Origin: a virus
Length of the DNA: 64,000 bases
IMG/VR virus record: IMGVR_UViG_3300029911_000010
Location: 1-64,000 of that record
Direction: 5' to 3' (one strand)
Shown here: piece by piece, positions 1 to 9,785 of the stretch
Layout: the number at the start of each line of letters is the position of its first letter
Position numbering within the stretch: the stretch's first letter is position 1
Notes under the pieces: model-generated
Seen by the model: only the letters and a program-made list of their open reading frames with translations
Told to the model about the DNA's origin: nothing
Databases searched by the model: none
Made by a program: the position numbers and the translations under genes

Positions 1-1100
1 TTCCAGTGCCGCCTGGAGTGACATGTGCATCAAACGCAGGAGGGTCGCTCGGACCCAGATTGATCGATACAGTGGGAGGATCGATCGTGATAATCGGACA
101 CTGAACTTGAGGGATCAATACCTGCGGCAGCTGTAAATTGAGGCTGATCTCAAACGTACATGGATCAGCATACGTTCCAGTGCCGCCTGGAGTGACATGT
201 GCATCAAACGCAGGAGGGTCGCTCGGACCCAGATTGATCGATACAGTGGGAGGATCGATCGTGATAATCGGACACTGAACTTGCGGTATCTGTGGCAGCT
301 GCAGCTTAAGACTGATATCGAACTTGCATGGATCATCAGGCGCATTGGTTCCACTCGGTGTCACGATCGATCCTCCCACTGTATCGAAGTCGTACGGCTG
401 GTTGATATCGACGCTCGTCTCGACTTGGATCTGCGGACAGGGCACGTTGATCTGCGGAAGCTGCAGCTTAAGACTGATATCGAACTTGCATGGATCATCA
501 GGCGCATTGGTTCCACTCGGTGTCACGCTGGCCGTGAAATAAGCCGGCGAGCCAGACGGCTGATTGATGTCAGCGCTGGCTTCGATCTGAATCTGCGGAC
601 ACGGCACGTTGATCTGCGGCAGCTGCAGCTTTAGGTTGATGTCGAATTTACACGGGTCGTCTGGCGTGTTGGTGCCGCTGGGAGTCACGCTGACCGTAAA
701 GTAACCAGGCGAGTCGTACGGCTGGTTGATATCGACGCTCGTCTCGACTTGGATCTGCGGACAGGGCACGTTGATCTGCGGCAGCTGCAGCTTAAGATTG
801 ATGTCAAACTTGCAGGGATCACTATCCGTGTTGCTGCCGCTGTGATGCACATTGGCTGTGAAGTAACCTGGCGAGTCGTACGGCTGATTGACGTCGACAC
901 TGGTTTCAACTTGCAGCTGCGGACATGGAACGTGTATCTGGGGCAGCTGCAGCTTGATTTTGAAGTTGAAAAGACACGGGTCAGCCGGCGTGTTGAAGCC
1001 GTTGTGATCGTCACTGATGGTAAAGGACGGCGGATTGCCGTGCTGCAGCTCTCGGTAAATAGTCTGGATCTGAATCTGCGGACACGGCGGCTCTGGTATT
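1..1100 (-). repeat. Coding tandem repeats, 162-nt then 174-nt period, two Cys per unit
   Basis: ggatctgcggacagggcacgttgatctgcgg recurs at 427 and 751 (2x162). Positions 1-103 are repeated from 175 (174-nt offset). Confidence 0.9.
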
Positions 1101-1909
1101 TGCAGATGCAAAACCATCTGGGTTTTACATCTGTTGGTGCCGCACGGATCTTCGGAATTCTCGTTATAGATCCTCACCTCAGAAACAGGCATGGCAACAG
1201 CCGGTATCAAAACGATGGGGGCGACCTCGAATTCAATTTGCGGGCAGGGGACAGTCGCGATTTCCGGCGTGACCGGCAGTTCTTGGTTCACGCAGTCGGG
1301 AATGATCTGCGGCGACTCGGGAATCGCACAGTTCTTGATGATCGGTTCGCGAGTAATCTGAGGTAAAAACGGAACGTCGCACTTGTGCGTGTTGAATGCA
1401 GCACGGACCTTGTCGCCGCAAGGCTCAATAAGCGTCAGCGCCCAGATCGGGTTGGGAACACCCGAGATATTGTCGTAGTAGGGGTCGTCGTACAGGCTCA
1501 GACCGATTGGCCCGCCAGGATGATCGAAATCCAAGGTCTGCCCAACGTTGGCTGCTTCACATTCAGCCTGGGTTTCCCAGCCGCTGATAAAAGTACCCAA
1601 CGGTGCCATCGTCACTGACACGTTGCCCAGACCGCTATCCACGGCAGGAGCAATCAGGCCGGTCAAGGTAAAGCCTCCGCCAGCCATTGCGACAATGCGC
1701 CAGCTTTTGCTTACCGTCCAGCCGAATCCAGGTGAAAGTTGAAACGAACCTGTGACGTAGGTCATCCGGTAGCGGCCGGCCGGAAACGTAATTCCGCCGT
1801 TAAAGTAAACCGCGTCAGCCGAAATGATGTTGCCCGTGACCTCGTACGACGCACCGACCGGCACGTAAGTGCCGGCGGGTTGACTCGGTCCACAGGGTAC
1901 GAGCGACAT
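1..1909 (-). CDS. Repeat-containing tail fibre/appendage protein (3' end truncated by window; not in ORF track)
   Basis: Manual translation from ATG at 1909 (AAGGAGG upstream): MSLVPCGPSQPAGTYVPVG..., open to position 1. The C-terminal part has tandem ~54-58 aa repeats such as CPQIQVETSVDINQPYDSPGYFTVSVTPSGTNTPDDPCKFDINLKLQLPQINVP. Confidence 0.85.
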   Translation of the reverse strand, partial: MSLVPCGPSQPAGTYVPVGASYEVTGNIISADAVYFNGGITFPAGRYRMTYVTGSFQLSPGFGWTVSKSWRIVAMAGGGFTLTGLIAPAVDSGLGNVSVTMAPLGTFISGWETQAECEAANVGQTLDFDHPGGPIGLSLYDDPYYDNISGVPNPIWALTLIEPCGDKVRAAFNTHKCDVPFLPQITREPIIKNCAIPESPQIIPDCVNQELPVTPEIATVPCPQIEFEVAPIVLIPAVAMPVSEVRIYNENSEDPCGTNRCKTQMVLHLQIPEPPCPQIQIQTIYRELQHGNPPSFTISDDHNGFNTPADPCLFNFKIKLQLPQIHVPCPQLQVETSVDVNQPYDSPGYFTANVHHSGSNTDSDPCKFDINLKLQLPQINVPCPQIQVETSVDINQPYDSPGYFTVSVTPSGTNTPDDPCKFDINLKLQLPQINVPCPQIQIEASADINQPSGSPAYFTASVTPSGTNAPDDPCKFDISLKLQLPQINVPCPQIQVETSVDINQPYDFDTVGGSIVTPSGTNAPDDPCKFDISLKLQLPQIPQVQCPIITIDPPTVSINLGPSDPPAFDAHVTPGGTGTYADPCTFEISLNLQLPQVLIPQVQCPIITIDPPTVSINLGPSDPPAFDAHVTPGGTG

Positions 1910-1927
1910 CGAAGCCTCCTTGCTTCG
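1910..1927 (-). promoter_or_regulatory. CsrA/RsmA-type hairpin over RBS
   Basis: CGAAGC-AAGGAG-GCTTCG directly before ATG 1909. Confidence 0.7.
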
Positions 1928-1932
1928 TCGGT

Positions 1933-2985
1933 TCAACTCAAGATCTCAGACACTTCGCTGAACGGATGGTCGCTGTAACAAACAGTCAACCGGGTCATGT
2001 TCACGTCGATGATGACGGTGTGCATGGACGGTTCGATGCTGATGTTGACGCCCAGGCCGTTCAACAGCGACGCGAACTTGCCGCCGACGCCGTTGATTGA
2101 CCGGATGACTTCATTGCACCGTGGCCCGCCTTCCAACAGCCCATCCGACTCGTCTGAGTCACCCAGGGGCGGCGTCTCTCCGGGAAACAGCTTGGGCTCG
2201 TTGTTGCATACAGGTCCAGCGCCAGCGCCAACGTCGGCTCCGATCACCACGGCATTGTTGAAGTCTTCCTGCCGTAAAGCTGCATTGTACCCGGCGACGA
2301 ACCGAACGTCTCCTCGCAGGCATCGGGCTGTCACGTAGATCGTATCCTGGGCATTGGGAAAGTCCCAGACAACATCAGAGCAGCCGACCGGTGCCGTCAC
2401 GCGGACACGATTAAGGTTGGCAATGTTGATCGACGAGACATAACCGCCGGATACGTTCTGGACCAGCGCGGGTTCAACTACGCCAAAGCTGATGCTGCCA
2501 GTCAGATGCTCGCCATCGGTTAGCGTAGCGGCCAGATTCATCATGTCGCCGGTCACCAGATAGCCCGACCACAAAGGTTCAGGCGGGCATTCTGAAAGCA
2601 GATCGTTGGATACTTCAAATATCGGCGAGTCGCTGGATTCGCTGTAGCCGTAAGCCTGCTCGACGTCGTCGACGTGCTCGACGGCGTATTGCCCGTCCGT
2701 GACCAAATCGCGGGTAAACGTCAAAGGGCGCTGATATAGCCCCGGAGCGTCGCAGGCAAACGCGAAGGTGACGATGTTGCCGCTTCGAACCACCGAGTCA
2801 AGCCATACAGTATGCTGTCCGGCGATGTAGCCACTGTACAGCCCCATGACAAAGCCAGCGTCGACAACCGTGTTGTTATCCAGCACCTGTATCGTGCCGG
2901 CGCTGCCGATGGGGTTGGCTACCGTGTCGGTTATGAACGGGTAAGCTCTGAATCGGTTGGTGTTATAGAAGCCTGGCTGTGCCAT
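1933..2985 (-). CDS. Cys-rich tail/baseplate-associated protein, paralogue 1 of the N-x-x-R-x-YPF family
   Basis: N-terminal FYNTNRFRAYPF, C-terminal RSINGVGG; located in tail module. Confidence 0.7.
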   Translation of the reverse strand: MAQPGFYNTNRFRAYPFITDTVANPIGSAGTIQVLDNNTVVDAGFVMGLYSGYIAGQHTVWLDSVVRSGNIVTFAFACDAPGLYQRPLTFTRDLVTDGQYAVEHVDDVEQAYGYSESSDSPIFEVSNDLLSECPPEPLWSGYLVTGDMMNLAATLTDGEHLTGSISFGVVEPALVQNVSGGYVSSINIANLNRVRVTAPVGCSDVVWDFPNAQDTIYVTARCLRGDVRFVAGYNAALRQEDFNNAVVIGADVGAGAGPVCNNEPKLFPGETPPLGDSDESDGLLEGGPRCNEVIRSINGVGGKFASLLNGLGVNISIEPSMHTVIIDVNMTRLTVCYSDHPFSEVSEILS

Positions 2986-3005
2986 TTTCTAAAGTTCCTT
3001 TGTAA

Positions 3006-3833
3006 TCACGCAACACCGGTGAACGTGCTGCCGACCACTTCTATCACAGTGCCAACGGAAGTCGGATGAACACGCAGCACGGTATCCGCAGCCGTGTTGT
3101 TGTTGACCGTAAGCTTGACGTCGCCGTTATTATCCGGCCCGACGACGATCGTCTGCTGCCCGTCCGTGAACGTCAGCGTCTTGAGAAACTGCGGCGTCTT
3201 AAACAGAGAATACGGAAAGCACAGACGCCGTTGAAACAGCGGATCACCGACGACGTCTACGCGAACTGCCATAACCTTTTCAACTGCGGCGGTACAGGGG
3301 CCAGCGACGACGCTGCTTTCTTCCAGACTCAAAATCACGCCATCAGCGCCCATCATCCAGACATCACCGGAAAACACTGAGCCATCCGGCAGAACAATGC
3401 CACGAACACCGGTCTGCGGCGTCGGTACGCAGCAGGTGGCGGCAAATTCGGTCTGGGCAGCATTGAAGGCGAAAGAGCCTATGCCCCAGGTGCTGAACAC
3501 GGTCAACTGTTGGGGATCACCTATCAGCAAGCCCGCCGGCCGATTGAACGCATCGGTGAATACGACGTTGGACTGCGGAGTCGGCAAGTTAAATGAACCG
3601 CTGGCTCGCTGGGCGTTATCCTCGTCGCCCAGCCACAACGTGACCATGTCGTAAGCCACGTCGACCTGGCTCAATCTCATGTGCGGCTGACCACCAACCG
3701 GGTAGAAAATCGCATCTATGACCGTCCCTTCCAGAATGGTCTGACTGCCGTTGGTCAACGCGGAATTCATGGCAAATGGATAGTTGGTCGGCTGATTCTC
3801 GTTGCGCCATTCAGGAAACAAAATTTGCGCCAT
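3006..3833 (-). CDS. Tail/baseplate-associated protein, paralogue 2
   Basis: EWRNENQPTNYPF; GPDNNGDV motif. Confidence 0.7.
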   Translation of the reverse strand: MAQILFPEWRNENQPTNYPFAMNSALTNGSQTILEGTVIDAIFYPVGGQPHMRLSQVDVAYDMVTLWLGDEDNAQRASGSFNLPTPQSNVVFTDAFNRPAGLLIGDPQQLTVFSTWGIGSFAFNAAQTEFAATCCVPTPQTGVRGIVLPDGSVFSGDVWMMGADGVILSLEESSVVAGPCTAAVEKVMAVRVDVVGDPLFQRRLCFPYSLFKTPQFLKTLTFTDGQQTIVVGPDNNGDVKLTVNNNTAADTVLRVHPTSVGTVIEVVGSTFTGVA

Positions 3834-3842
3834 GACCGTCTC

Positions 3843-5474
3843 CTACAGTTCCTCGACCTCAAAATAGCCGAACCGGGCATATCCGCGATTGCAGTGAATT
3901 CCACAGTAGCCGGCAGCAGGAAGATACTGCGAGGTGGACAACGTCAGACTGACGGCGACAGACATGCCGGACAAGCTGTTCAGCTGGATAGCAATGTTGA
4001 CGTTAGCACCGGTGCCGGGCGTCACGTCAACAACCAGTTTGTACCAGATGTCCAGATTCAAGTTGGCGATGTCGGCAAACACCGGCTCAGGTATGAAGCC
4101 CGTTCCGTTAAACTGCAGAACGTTCAACTGCTGGGCGTCGTAGTCCAGCTGTATCAACATGTACACCGATCGGCCCGGATAAAGCGGATGCGGCCGGTAG
4201 TTGAGAACGATTCCGGCGTTGTGGCCGGTGTTCACCAGTCCGGACACCAGTTTGAATTCCGTGGTGTACCGCCGAGACAGCGGCTGATGATCGAAGCCTT
4301 CCCACAGCGCTATGTTGCGCTGGGTCGGCCCTATCAGTGTTTCCGTGGAGTAAGAGCGGTGATAAGGCGAGATAGTCGGGTCATCGGGAGCATCGTCGTC
4401 GACAAACTTCCACCGCCCGGATGCCGTAATCCAGTGCGGCGCAACGGAGTCAGACTCGCCAAATCCTTCGACGTAAGGCAACGATCCGGTCATCGGAATC
4501 GATTCGCTGTTACTGTGGCTGTGTTGGACGGAATCCGAATGCGTCGGCGGCATTGACTCGCTGACCGATTCGCTGTTCTGACTGCACTGATTAGGATAGT
4601 CGTTGGGTAGCTTGCCCGTCTCGTCAGGCAGCGTGTTTTTCTGACAGGCTACGGCGAGCGATAAGCCGCAATCCAGCACCACGCCACTGCCGTCCGTCAC
4701 AGCACCCATAATGGCACAACCATTGAAAACCACGTCGATGTTGCCATTGCAGTCTGGCGCAATAGTGTTCAAGAATTCAACGGGCTGAGGATCGCCGCAA
4801 GTTCCGCTTTCCGGCCGAGCGCCACAAATACCGGCAAACTCACGGAAGACGTTGGCCTGGTTGGTAGTGGACAAAACGTTGGGATCGCCGCCCGGTTGAG
4901 CGAGGCGAAAAACGATCACGTCGCGGACTACTCCGTCAATTTCGTGACTTTCCTTGCTGACCTGCAGCGGAGCGTCCACCTGCAGATTGACCATGCCGGT
5001 CATTGGCGTCATGTTCATGAACGCCAGGCTGCTGACCGGCAGCGGTCGGTAAGCTCGGGCTGCTCGGGGGCTCAGTAGTCCAGCCTCAGGCCCCGGCAAC
5101 CGGCCCGTATAGTTCTCGCCTACGCCTTCGCCGAAAACCACCCATCCGCCGACGCCGTCAGCCTGGCCTTGCAGCGGATAATGAACGTAGGGAGTCACCG
5201 GCTGGGCCATGCTGAATACGGCCACGGGGACAAAACTGGCATTGTCGGTGGGCGAAGCCGCCGCCTGAATGGTGATGCTGACCAGCGACGAAGTCACGCA
5301 CACACTGGCCAGGAACGGATACAGACCCAGCGTTGACGGATACTGCAGCTTCAAATCCGCCAGGATCGTGTAAGGCAGCATCTGCCCGTTCGAGTCAATG
5401 GAGGTTGCCGCGTCAGACAGCGGGTAAGGCCGTTCCTCGTTTGCGTCGTACCAGTGAAGGGCAATAGCGCTCAT
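3843..5474 (-). CDS. Tail/baseplate-associated protein, paralogue 3, with Ser/acidic linker and C-terminal beta-sandwich (lectin-like) domain
   Basis: Start re-called to ATG 5474 (ATGA overlap with upstream stop); WYDANEERPYPL; LNTIAPDCNGNI; linker SESVSES...SDS...SES. Confidence 0.7.
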   Translation of the reverse strand: MSAIALHWYDANEERPYPLSDAATSIDSNGQMLPYTILADLKLQYPSTLGLYPFLASVCVTSSLVSITIQAAASPTDNASFVPVAVFSMAQPVTPYVHYPLQGQADGVGGWVVFGEGVGENYTGRLPGPEAGLLSPRAARAYRPLPVSSLAFMNMTPMTGMVNLQVDAPLQVSKESHEIDGVVRDVIVFRLAQPGGDPNVLSTTNQANVFREFAGICGARPESGTCGDPQPVEFLNTIAPDCNGNIDVVFNGCAIMGAVTDGSGVVLDCGLSLAVACQKNTLPDETGKLPNDYPNQCSQNSESVSESMPPTHSDSVQHSHSNSESIPMTGSLPYVEGFGESDSVAPHWITASGRWKFVDDDAPDDPTISPYHRSYSTETLIGPTQRNIALWEGFDHQPLSRRYTTEFKLVSGLVNTGHNAGIVLNYRPHPLYPGRSVYMLIQLDYDAQQLNVLQFNGTGFIPEPVFADIANLNLDIWYKLVVDVTPGTGANVNIAIQLNSLSGMSVAVSLTLSTSQYLPAAGYCGIHCNRGYARFGYFEVEEL

Positions 5475-6952
5475 ACGCAACTCCCGCATCCGGCAGTAGG
5501 GCTGATGGGCGCTATCCGCGTCAGCGCCGCCCGAACCGGATAAGGCGGCGGCGACGTAGCCCAAAGACTCAACACGTTAGACGGTAAAGTCGCAGCTACA
5601 GTTGCCGGATCAGCTTGGCTACAAAGCTGGCCACTGGCGTCATAAACGTCCGGTGCGTGCGCTGACAACGTGATTGACAGAGAATCACCGGCATTACAAC
5701 CGTCCAGCGACAGACGAGTTCTGAACTTACTGGTGGCCTGGGTATCGACATAGTCGAAGTTGGTGTCAAGAATCGGAAACACACCGGAGGGCAGATACGG
5801 CGTGTCGTTGTAGTTGGTGTCCGAGCCATTGCGAATTGTCTCGCGACAGCGCAGATTGATGTCGTTGCCGCGATCGGGAAGAAGCTGCATGGTTAAACGC
5901 AGCACCAGGGGTTTGATACAGCAGCTGGTCATGTTGCACATGAGCCCAGCTATGAACAAGTTGCAGTAGGGCTCGGCGTTGAACACCAGTTTCAACGGTT
6001 GAGCCAGACGGCAAGTGCGCTGGGCTTCCCAGCGGGCAATGTTGGCGGTGAACTGGTCCCGGATTGCCTCGGCAGTTACTCCCAGCGCCTGGTACTTGTT
6101 CCACAAGTTAGTCAGACCGCGATAAACCTTCACGAAGTCATCGTCGGTGCAGCACGGCGAACAGTCGTTGTACATCGTCAGTGCGTGAGCATCGGTCAGC
6201 ACTACTTTTCTGGGATCAGTGGTCGTCAACTCTACCGGGCGCTGCAGACGGTAACACCCACTGGCATCCCAGGTGAAATTGCCGTTGCTGGCCGGCGAAA
6301 TGGTGTTGATCGTGAAGATAGCCGGAACGGCATCTGCGCACCCAGGGTAACGCCCGACACCGTCTCCGGGGTTGGCCCGGATGGTAATTTTCTTAGTATA
6401 GCGTCCACCGTCGACCAACGCAGGGCTGGAGGACGTCAAGTTTACATTGTAGCCTTCAACCAACGTGACACTGCCCGTCAACTTGACCAGCCCCACGCGA
6501 ATTGATCTAACACGTTGAGGCAATTTCATAACCGCACGAGACGACAGAATACCATTGACGGGAGTGAAGCTTGAAGCATAGGTGACGCCGGCAGCGTACT
6601 GGGGAGGATACGTGTGCCGGGTTGCCCGTAGTACGCCGCTGTCGCCGATCCACTCCATGACCTCCAAGACGCTGCCGAAAAAAGACGATGAATAACTGGC
6701 AGCCGACGAGTCAAAGACCACGTTGCCGTTGACGTCGCTGATCGTAATGTCTCGCCGCGACGGCAAAGCTTGGTCGAATCCTGACAGGAAAGTTACGGAC
6801 AACGGCAATTCAAACGAGCACGAGTCATCGTCATAAGCTAGGAACATATCGCCGAAGATGTACCGCAGGTCATCAGACGGCGCAACGAAAGGATAATCCG
6901 TAGCCAGGCTAGGATCTTGGTTTACGCCGGTTGACTGCCACAACTCCGACAT
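5471..6952 (-). CDS. Cys-rich tail/baseplate-associated protein, paralogue 4
   Basis: Start re-called to MSELW (TAGGAG upstream); TDYPF; TINTISPASNGNF; DCSPCC. Confidence 0.7.
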   Translation of the reverse strand: MSELWQSTGVNQDPSLATDYPFVAPSDDLRYIFGDMFLAYDDDSCSFELPLSVTFLSGFDQALPSRRDITISDVNGNVVFDSSAASYSSSFFGSVLEVMEWIGDSGVLRATRHTYPPQYAAGVTYASSFTPVNGILSSRAVMKLPQRVRSIRVGLVKLTGSVTLVEGYNVNLTSSSPALVDGGRYTKKITIRANPGDGVGRYPGCADAVPAIFTINTISPASNGNFTWDASGCYRLQRPVELTTTDPRKVVLTDAHALTMYNDCSPCCTDDDFVKVYRGLTNLWNKYQALGVTAEAIRDQFTANIARWEAQRTCRLAQPLKLVFNAEPYCNLFIAGLMCNMTSCCIKPLVLRLTMQLLPDRGNDINLRCRETIRNGSDTNYNDTPYLPSGVFPILDTNFDYVDTQATSKFRTRLSLDGCNAGDSLSITLSAHAPDVYDASGQLCSQADPATVAATLPSNVLSLWATSPPPYPVRAALTRIAPISPTAGCGSCV

Positions 6953-6960
6953 CGCAGCTC

Positions 6961-7917
6961 CTACGAACAAACAACGCAACCAGTGTCATTAAGCTTGCTG
7001 CCCAGTACGACCTGATCCATGTTGATAACCTGTGACTGCAGGTTATTAACGAAGTTCGACAAAGTTGAATACTCGCTGCCGAACATCTCCAAATCCTTGG
7101 TGATCTGCTCCAATTCGGCGCACCCGCAGCACGGCTGACTGCAGCTGTCACCGATGGTTATGCCGTTTTGAATGCCGTCGATATTGACGCATTCATTACC
7201 GGAAATAACCGAAAAGTTCCCGCCCGGATCAGGTCCGATTCCGTTGATAGTCAGAATCGGATCGCCATTTTGGTTGCCCACGCAGACACAAGCCTCAACA
7301 AGACCTTCGCCCTGAATTGCCGATATCAGAATCTGCGGGTCCTGGCCGACTTGAACCACCGTGGTCAGCTGAACGTTCTGATCAGCCACCAGCACAATAT
7401 CGCCGTACAAAGGCTGGCTGATTTGAGCGCCGGCGGAAACCCGAATAGAGCTGACGCCTCGGATGATTGGTCGAATGCAGTCGGGATCGATAAGCGTGTT
7501 GGCGTAGTCGAAGTTGAACGATCCAACCGGTTGCAGGTCGATGTCATCCAGCCGGCCGATAACGATCTTGCCCACCGTGTCGGAAAAATCACCAATTCCG
7601 CCGACCGCGTAGACATTGCCGGGGGCGTGGCTGCTGCGTGCAATCAATGCCGTGGCCACACTGATCGGCGATCCGATCGCCGGCTGATAGCCGATGATGA
7701 TAGAAAATCCGGTGGCGTAGGCTGTCAGTGTCAGGATGAAAAAATGGCCTGGGTCGATGTTCAAGCCGGCATGGACAGGCAAGTCCAGCTCCAACATGAA
7801 CTCATCAGGGATCGTAAACGTTCCCGTCTGGTCAACGCCATCGCCGTTCTCTGCCAGCGGATAGCTGCGCTGGCTGTTGCTGTTTTGCCATTCTAAGGCC
7901 CAAATCCCGGCTGGCAT
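6961..7917 (-). CDS. Cys-rich tail/baseplate-associated protein, paralogue 5
   Basis: EWQNSNSQRSYPL; TINGIGPDPGGNF; SCSQPCCGC followed by a coiled coil. Confidence 0.7.
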   Translation of the reverse strand: MPAGIWALEWQNSNSQRSYPLAENGDGVDQTGTFTIPDEFMLELDLPVHAGLNIDPGHFFILTLTAYATGFSIIIGYQPAIGSPISVATALIARSSHAPGNVYAVGGIGDFSDTVGKIVIGRLDDIDLQPVGSFNFDYANTLIDPDCIRPIIRGVSSIRVSAGAQISQPLYGDIVLVADQNVQLTTVVQVGQDPQILISAIQGEGLVEACVCVGNQNGDPILTINGIGPDPGGNFSVISGNECVNIDGIQNGITIGDSCSQPCCGCAELEQITKDLEMFGSEYSTLSNFVNNLQSQVINMDQVVLGSKLNDTGCVVCS

Positions 7918-7934
7918 CCGTGCCTCCAGTCAAA

Positions 7935-9746
7935 TTAGAAGATCGACAGACTGTCATTGGTGGCGCTGCCGAGAATCGCGGTGATCCGGAGAATGCCAAC
8001 TTCACTGGTGTAACTGTCAGTCGACAGCCGCAATACCGTAAACAGGAAGTCGTCGCCGGCAGCCACGGAAATCACGTCGCTGACGACGTCGATGTACTGG
8101 TTGGCCACTGTCAATGTGGCCACCGTCACGATGTCGATGGCTGAGTCGCCAGACGGCAACAGAGTCGGACTGGCCAGTGACGAAGGAATTCGGCAGCCGG
8201 TAACGGTCAACTGCGGCAGCGTACCAGCGGCCCGGCCCAGCAACCGCAATCGCAACTGCATGACTGGATCGTTGAAGCTGAGAGTATCTGGAATGACGAA
8301 CCGTCCTCGAACTCCCTGCTGCTTGCCGGCGGCCATGCCCAGGTACATCACGTTCTGAAAATATTGCTCGGTGGCCTGGCCTACCTTGATCAAATCCGTG
8401 GTCAGCTCCTGGTCGAGATGGCTGGCAAAGATGATCTTTACCCGGCCGTGATGCACACGGGTCAACGGCGCTGGCAAAGGTGACAATTGTTCGTATGTCT
8501 GAAAGTCGCTGGACAGAAGGATGTTGGAGCTGCCGGCGTAAATGCCAGTGGCCACCGGCCCTCGGTGAAAAATACCATTGGCCTGATCCCACTGCTTGAT
8601 AGCCATCCAACCGCCCGGATCAACGTCGTCCTGCAGGTAACTCAAATCAAGCCTGAATTCCAAAGCTCCGGTGACTGCCGGCAAATCGGGATTGCCGTTG
8701 CAGGTAATGATCAATCGATTGTCGCGAGTGGTGCAGCTGGTCACCACGGTTTGATCCTGCAGGAACAACTGCTGGATCATGAATAATTCCAGCGTCCATT
8801 CGTACTTGTACGGACACTCGCCGAAGCTGTCGCTGAACGCAATGCTGTCCGACGTGCCGAGTGTCGGGTCCCAGGGAACACTGTCGTAACAGTCGCTGGT
8901 CCACCAGATACCGTTCTGGTCCATGATGACCAGGCCGCTGGCATCCTGGGGCACGGGAACGCCGTTGCGATACAGGATCGCGTTATCGGGCGGCAGAGGC
9001 GGCCAGGATCGCTGCAGGGGCACGTTGTTCCACAGGGTATAGCCGAAGACAGCTCCCGTTGGAGCTTTGCCGTCGAACATAGAGTGACCGGCCGGCAGCC
9101 AGCCTTCGATGTCCGGGTTGGGGCTGGTAATAACGTGGTTGTTGCCGATGCCGGGGTTGGTCGTGTCGCCGGCAGGCCGGGCTTTGAGCTTGAAGCGCAA
9201 ATGCCTATGACCGTTGATGAAATCTTCCACACGCGGGCAGACAAAGACATGACCCTGGCCGTCACACTTTAGCACGGGCACCGCAGCCACCGGCCGGTTC
9301 TGCGTCAGCTTGCCGGCCGTCAGACTGGACAAATACCAGGTACCGGCTGCCACGGTCTCGCCGGCGATGACTGCAGCCGTGAAATTCAAAGGAGCATATC
9401 CGTACAGCAGAATCTCAGCCATCGTCGGGCTGGCTTTGGACAGGATCACGCCCCAGACCTGCGTGGAGTCACCGATTACCAGGCTGCCGCTGCTGTCGAT
9501 CGAGGTGGATACCACCGCCGGTTCGTACTGGCCGCGTGCGGCGTTGAAGTAGACCGGCGTGCCGACGACGCAGATGGACGAGACCTGGGCCTCGGGAATG
9601 ATCACCTGGCTGCCCAGCCCGGCGGCGTTGAGCAGCTGATAGATGTACATGATGTTCTGCTGGAGTTGATCAACTGGAGCGTTGATCGACCCGGCGGAAA
9701 CCGGCTGCCCGGACATGACTTGCTGAATCAGTTGTTGCAGTCCCAC
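7935..9746 (-). CDS. Putative tail fibre/baseplate structural protein
   Basis: 603 aa, beta-rich; GTWYLSSLTAGKLT motif typical of phage structural proteins; GGAGG RBS. Confidence 0.6.
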   Translation of the reverse strand: MGLQQLIQQVMSGQPVSAGSINAPVDQLQQNIMYIYQLLNAAGLGSQVIIPEAQVSSICVVGTPVYFNAARGQYEPAVVSTSIDSSGSLVIGDSTQVWGVILSKASPTMAEILLYGYAPLNFTAAVIAGETVAAGTWYLSSLTAGKLTQNRPVAAVPVLKCDGQGHVFVCPRVEDFINGHRHLRFKLKARPAGDTTNPGIGNNHVITSPNPDIEGWLPAGHSMFDGKAPTGAVFGYTLWNNVPLQRSWPPLPPDNAILYRNGVPVPQDASGLVIMDQNGIWWTSDCYDSVPWDPTLGTSDSIAFSDSFGECPYKYEWTLELFMIQQLFLQDQTVVTSCTTRDNRLIITCNGNPDLPAVTGALEFRLDLSYLQDDVDPGGWMAIKQWDQANGIFHRGPVATGIYAGSSNILLSSDFQTYEQLSPLPAPLTRVHHGRVKIIFASHLDQELTTDLIKVGQATEQYFQNVMYLGMAAGKQQGVRGRFVIPDTLSFNDPVMQLRLRLLGRAAGTLPQLTVTGCRIPSSLASPTLLPSGDSAIDIVTVATLTVANQYIDVVSDVISVAAGDDFLFTVLRLSTDSYTSEVGILRITAILGSATNDSLSIF

Positions 9747-9748
9747 TG

Positions 9749-9764
9749 GACACCTCCGTGTGTC
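9749..9764 (-). promoter_or_regulatory. CsrA/RsmA-type hairpin over RBS
   Basis: GACAC-ACGGAG-GTGTC, 2 nt before GTG 9746. Confidence 0.7.
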
Positions 9765-9785
9765 GGCGCAAAAGTTGTTTAGAAA

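Noticed and set aside
1-1100. Repeats as a CRISPR array or DGR template/variable pair
   Set aside because: They are in-frame coding repeats without unique spacers. Differences are not adenine-specific and no reverse transcriptase was seen.
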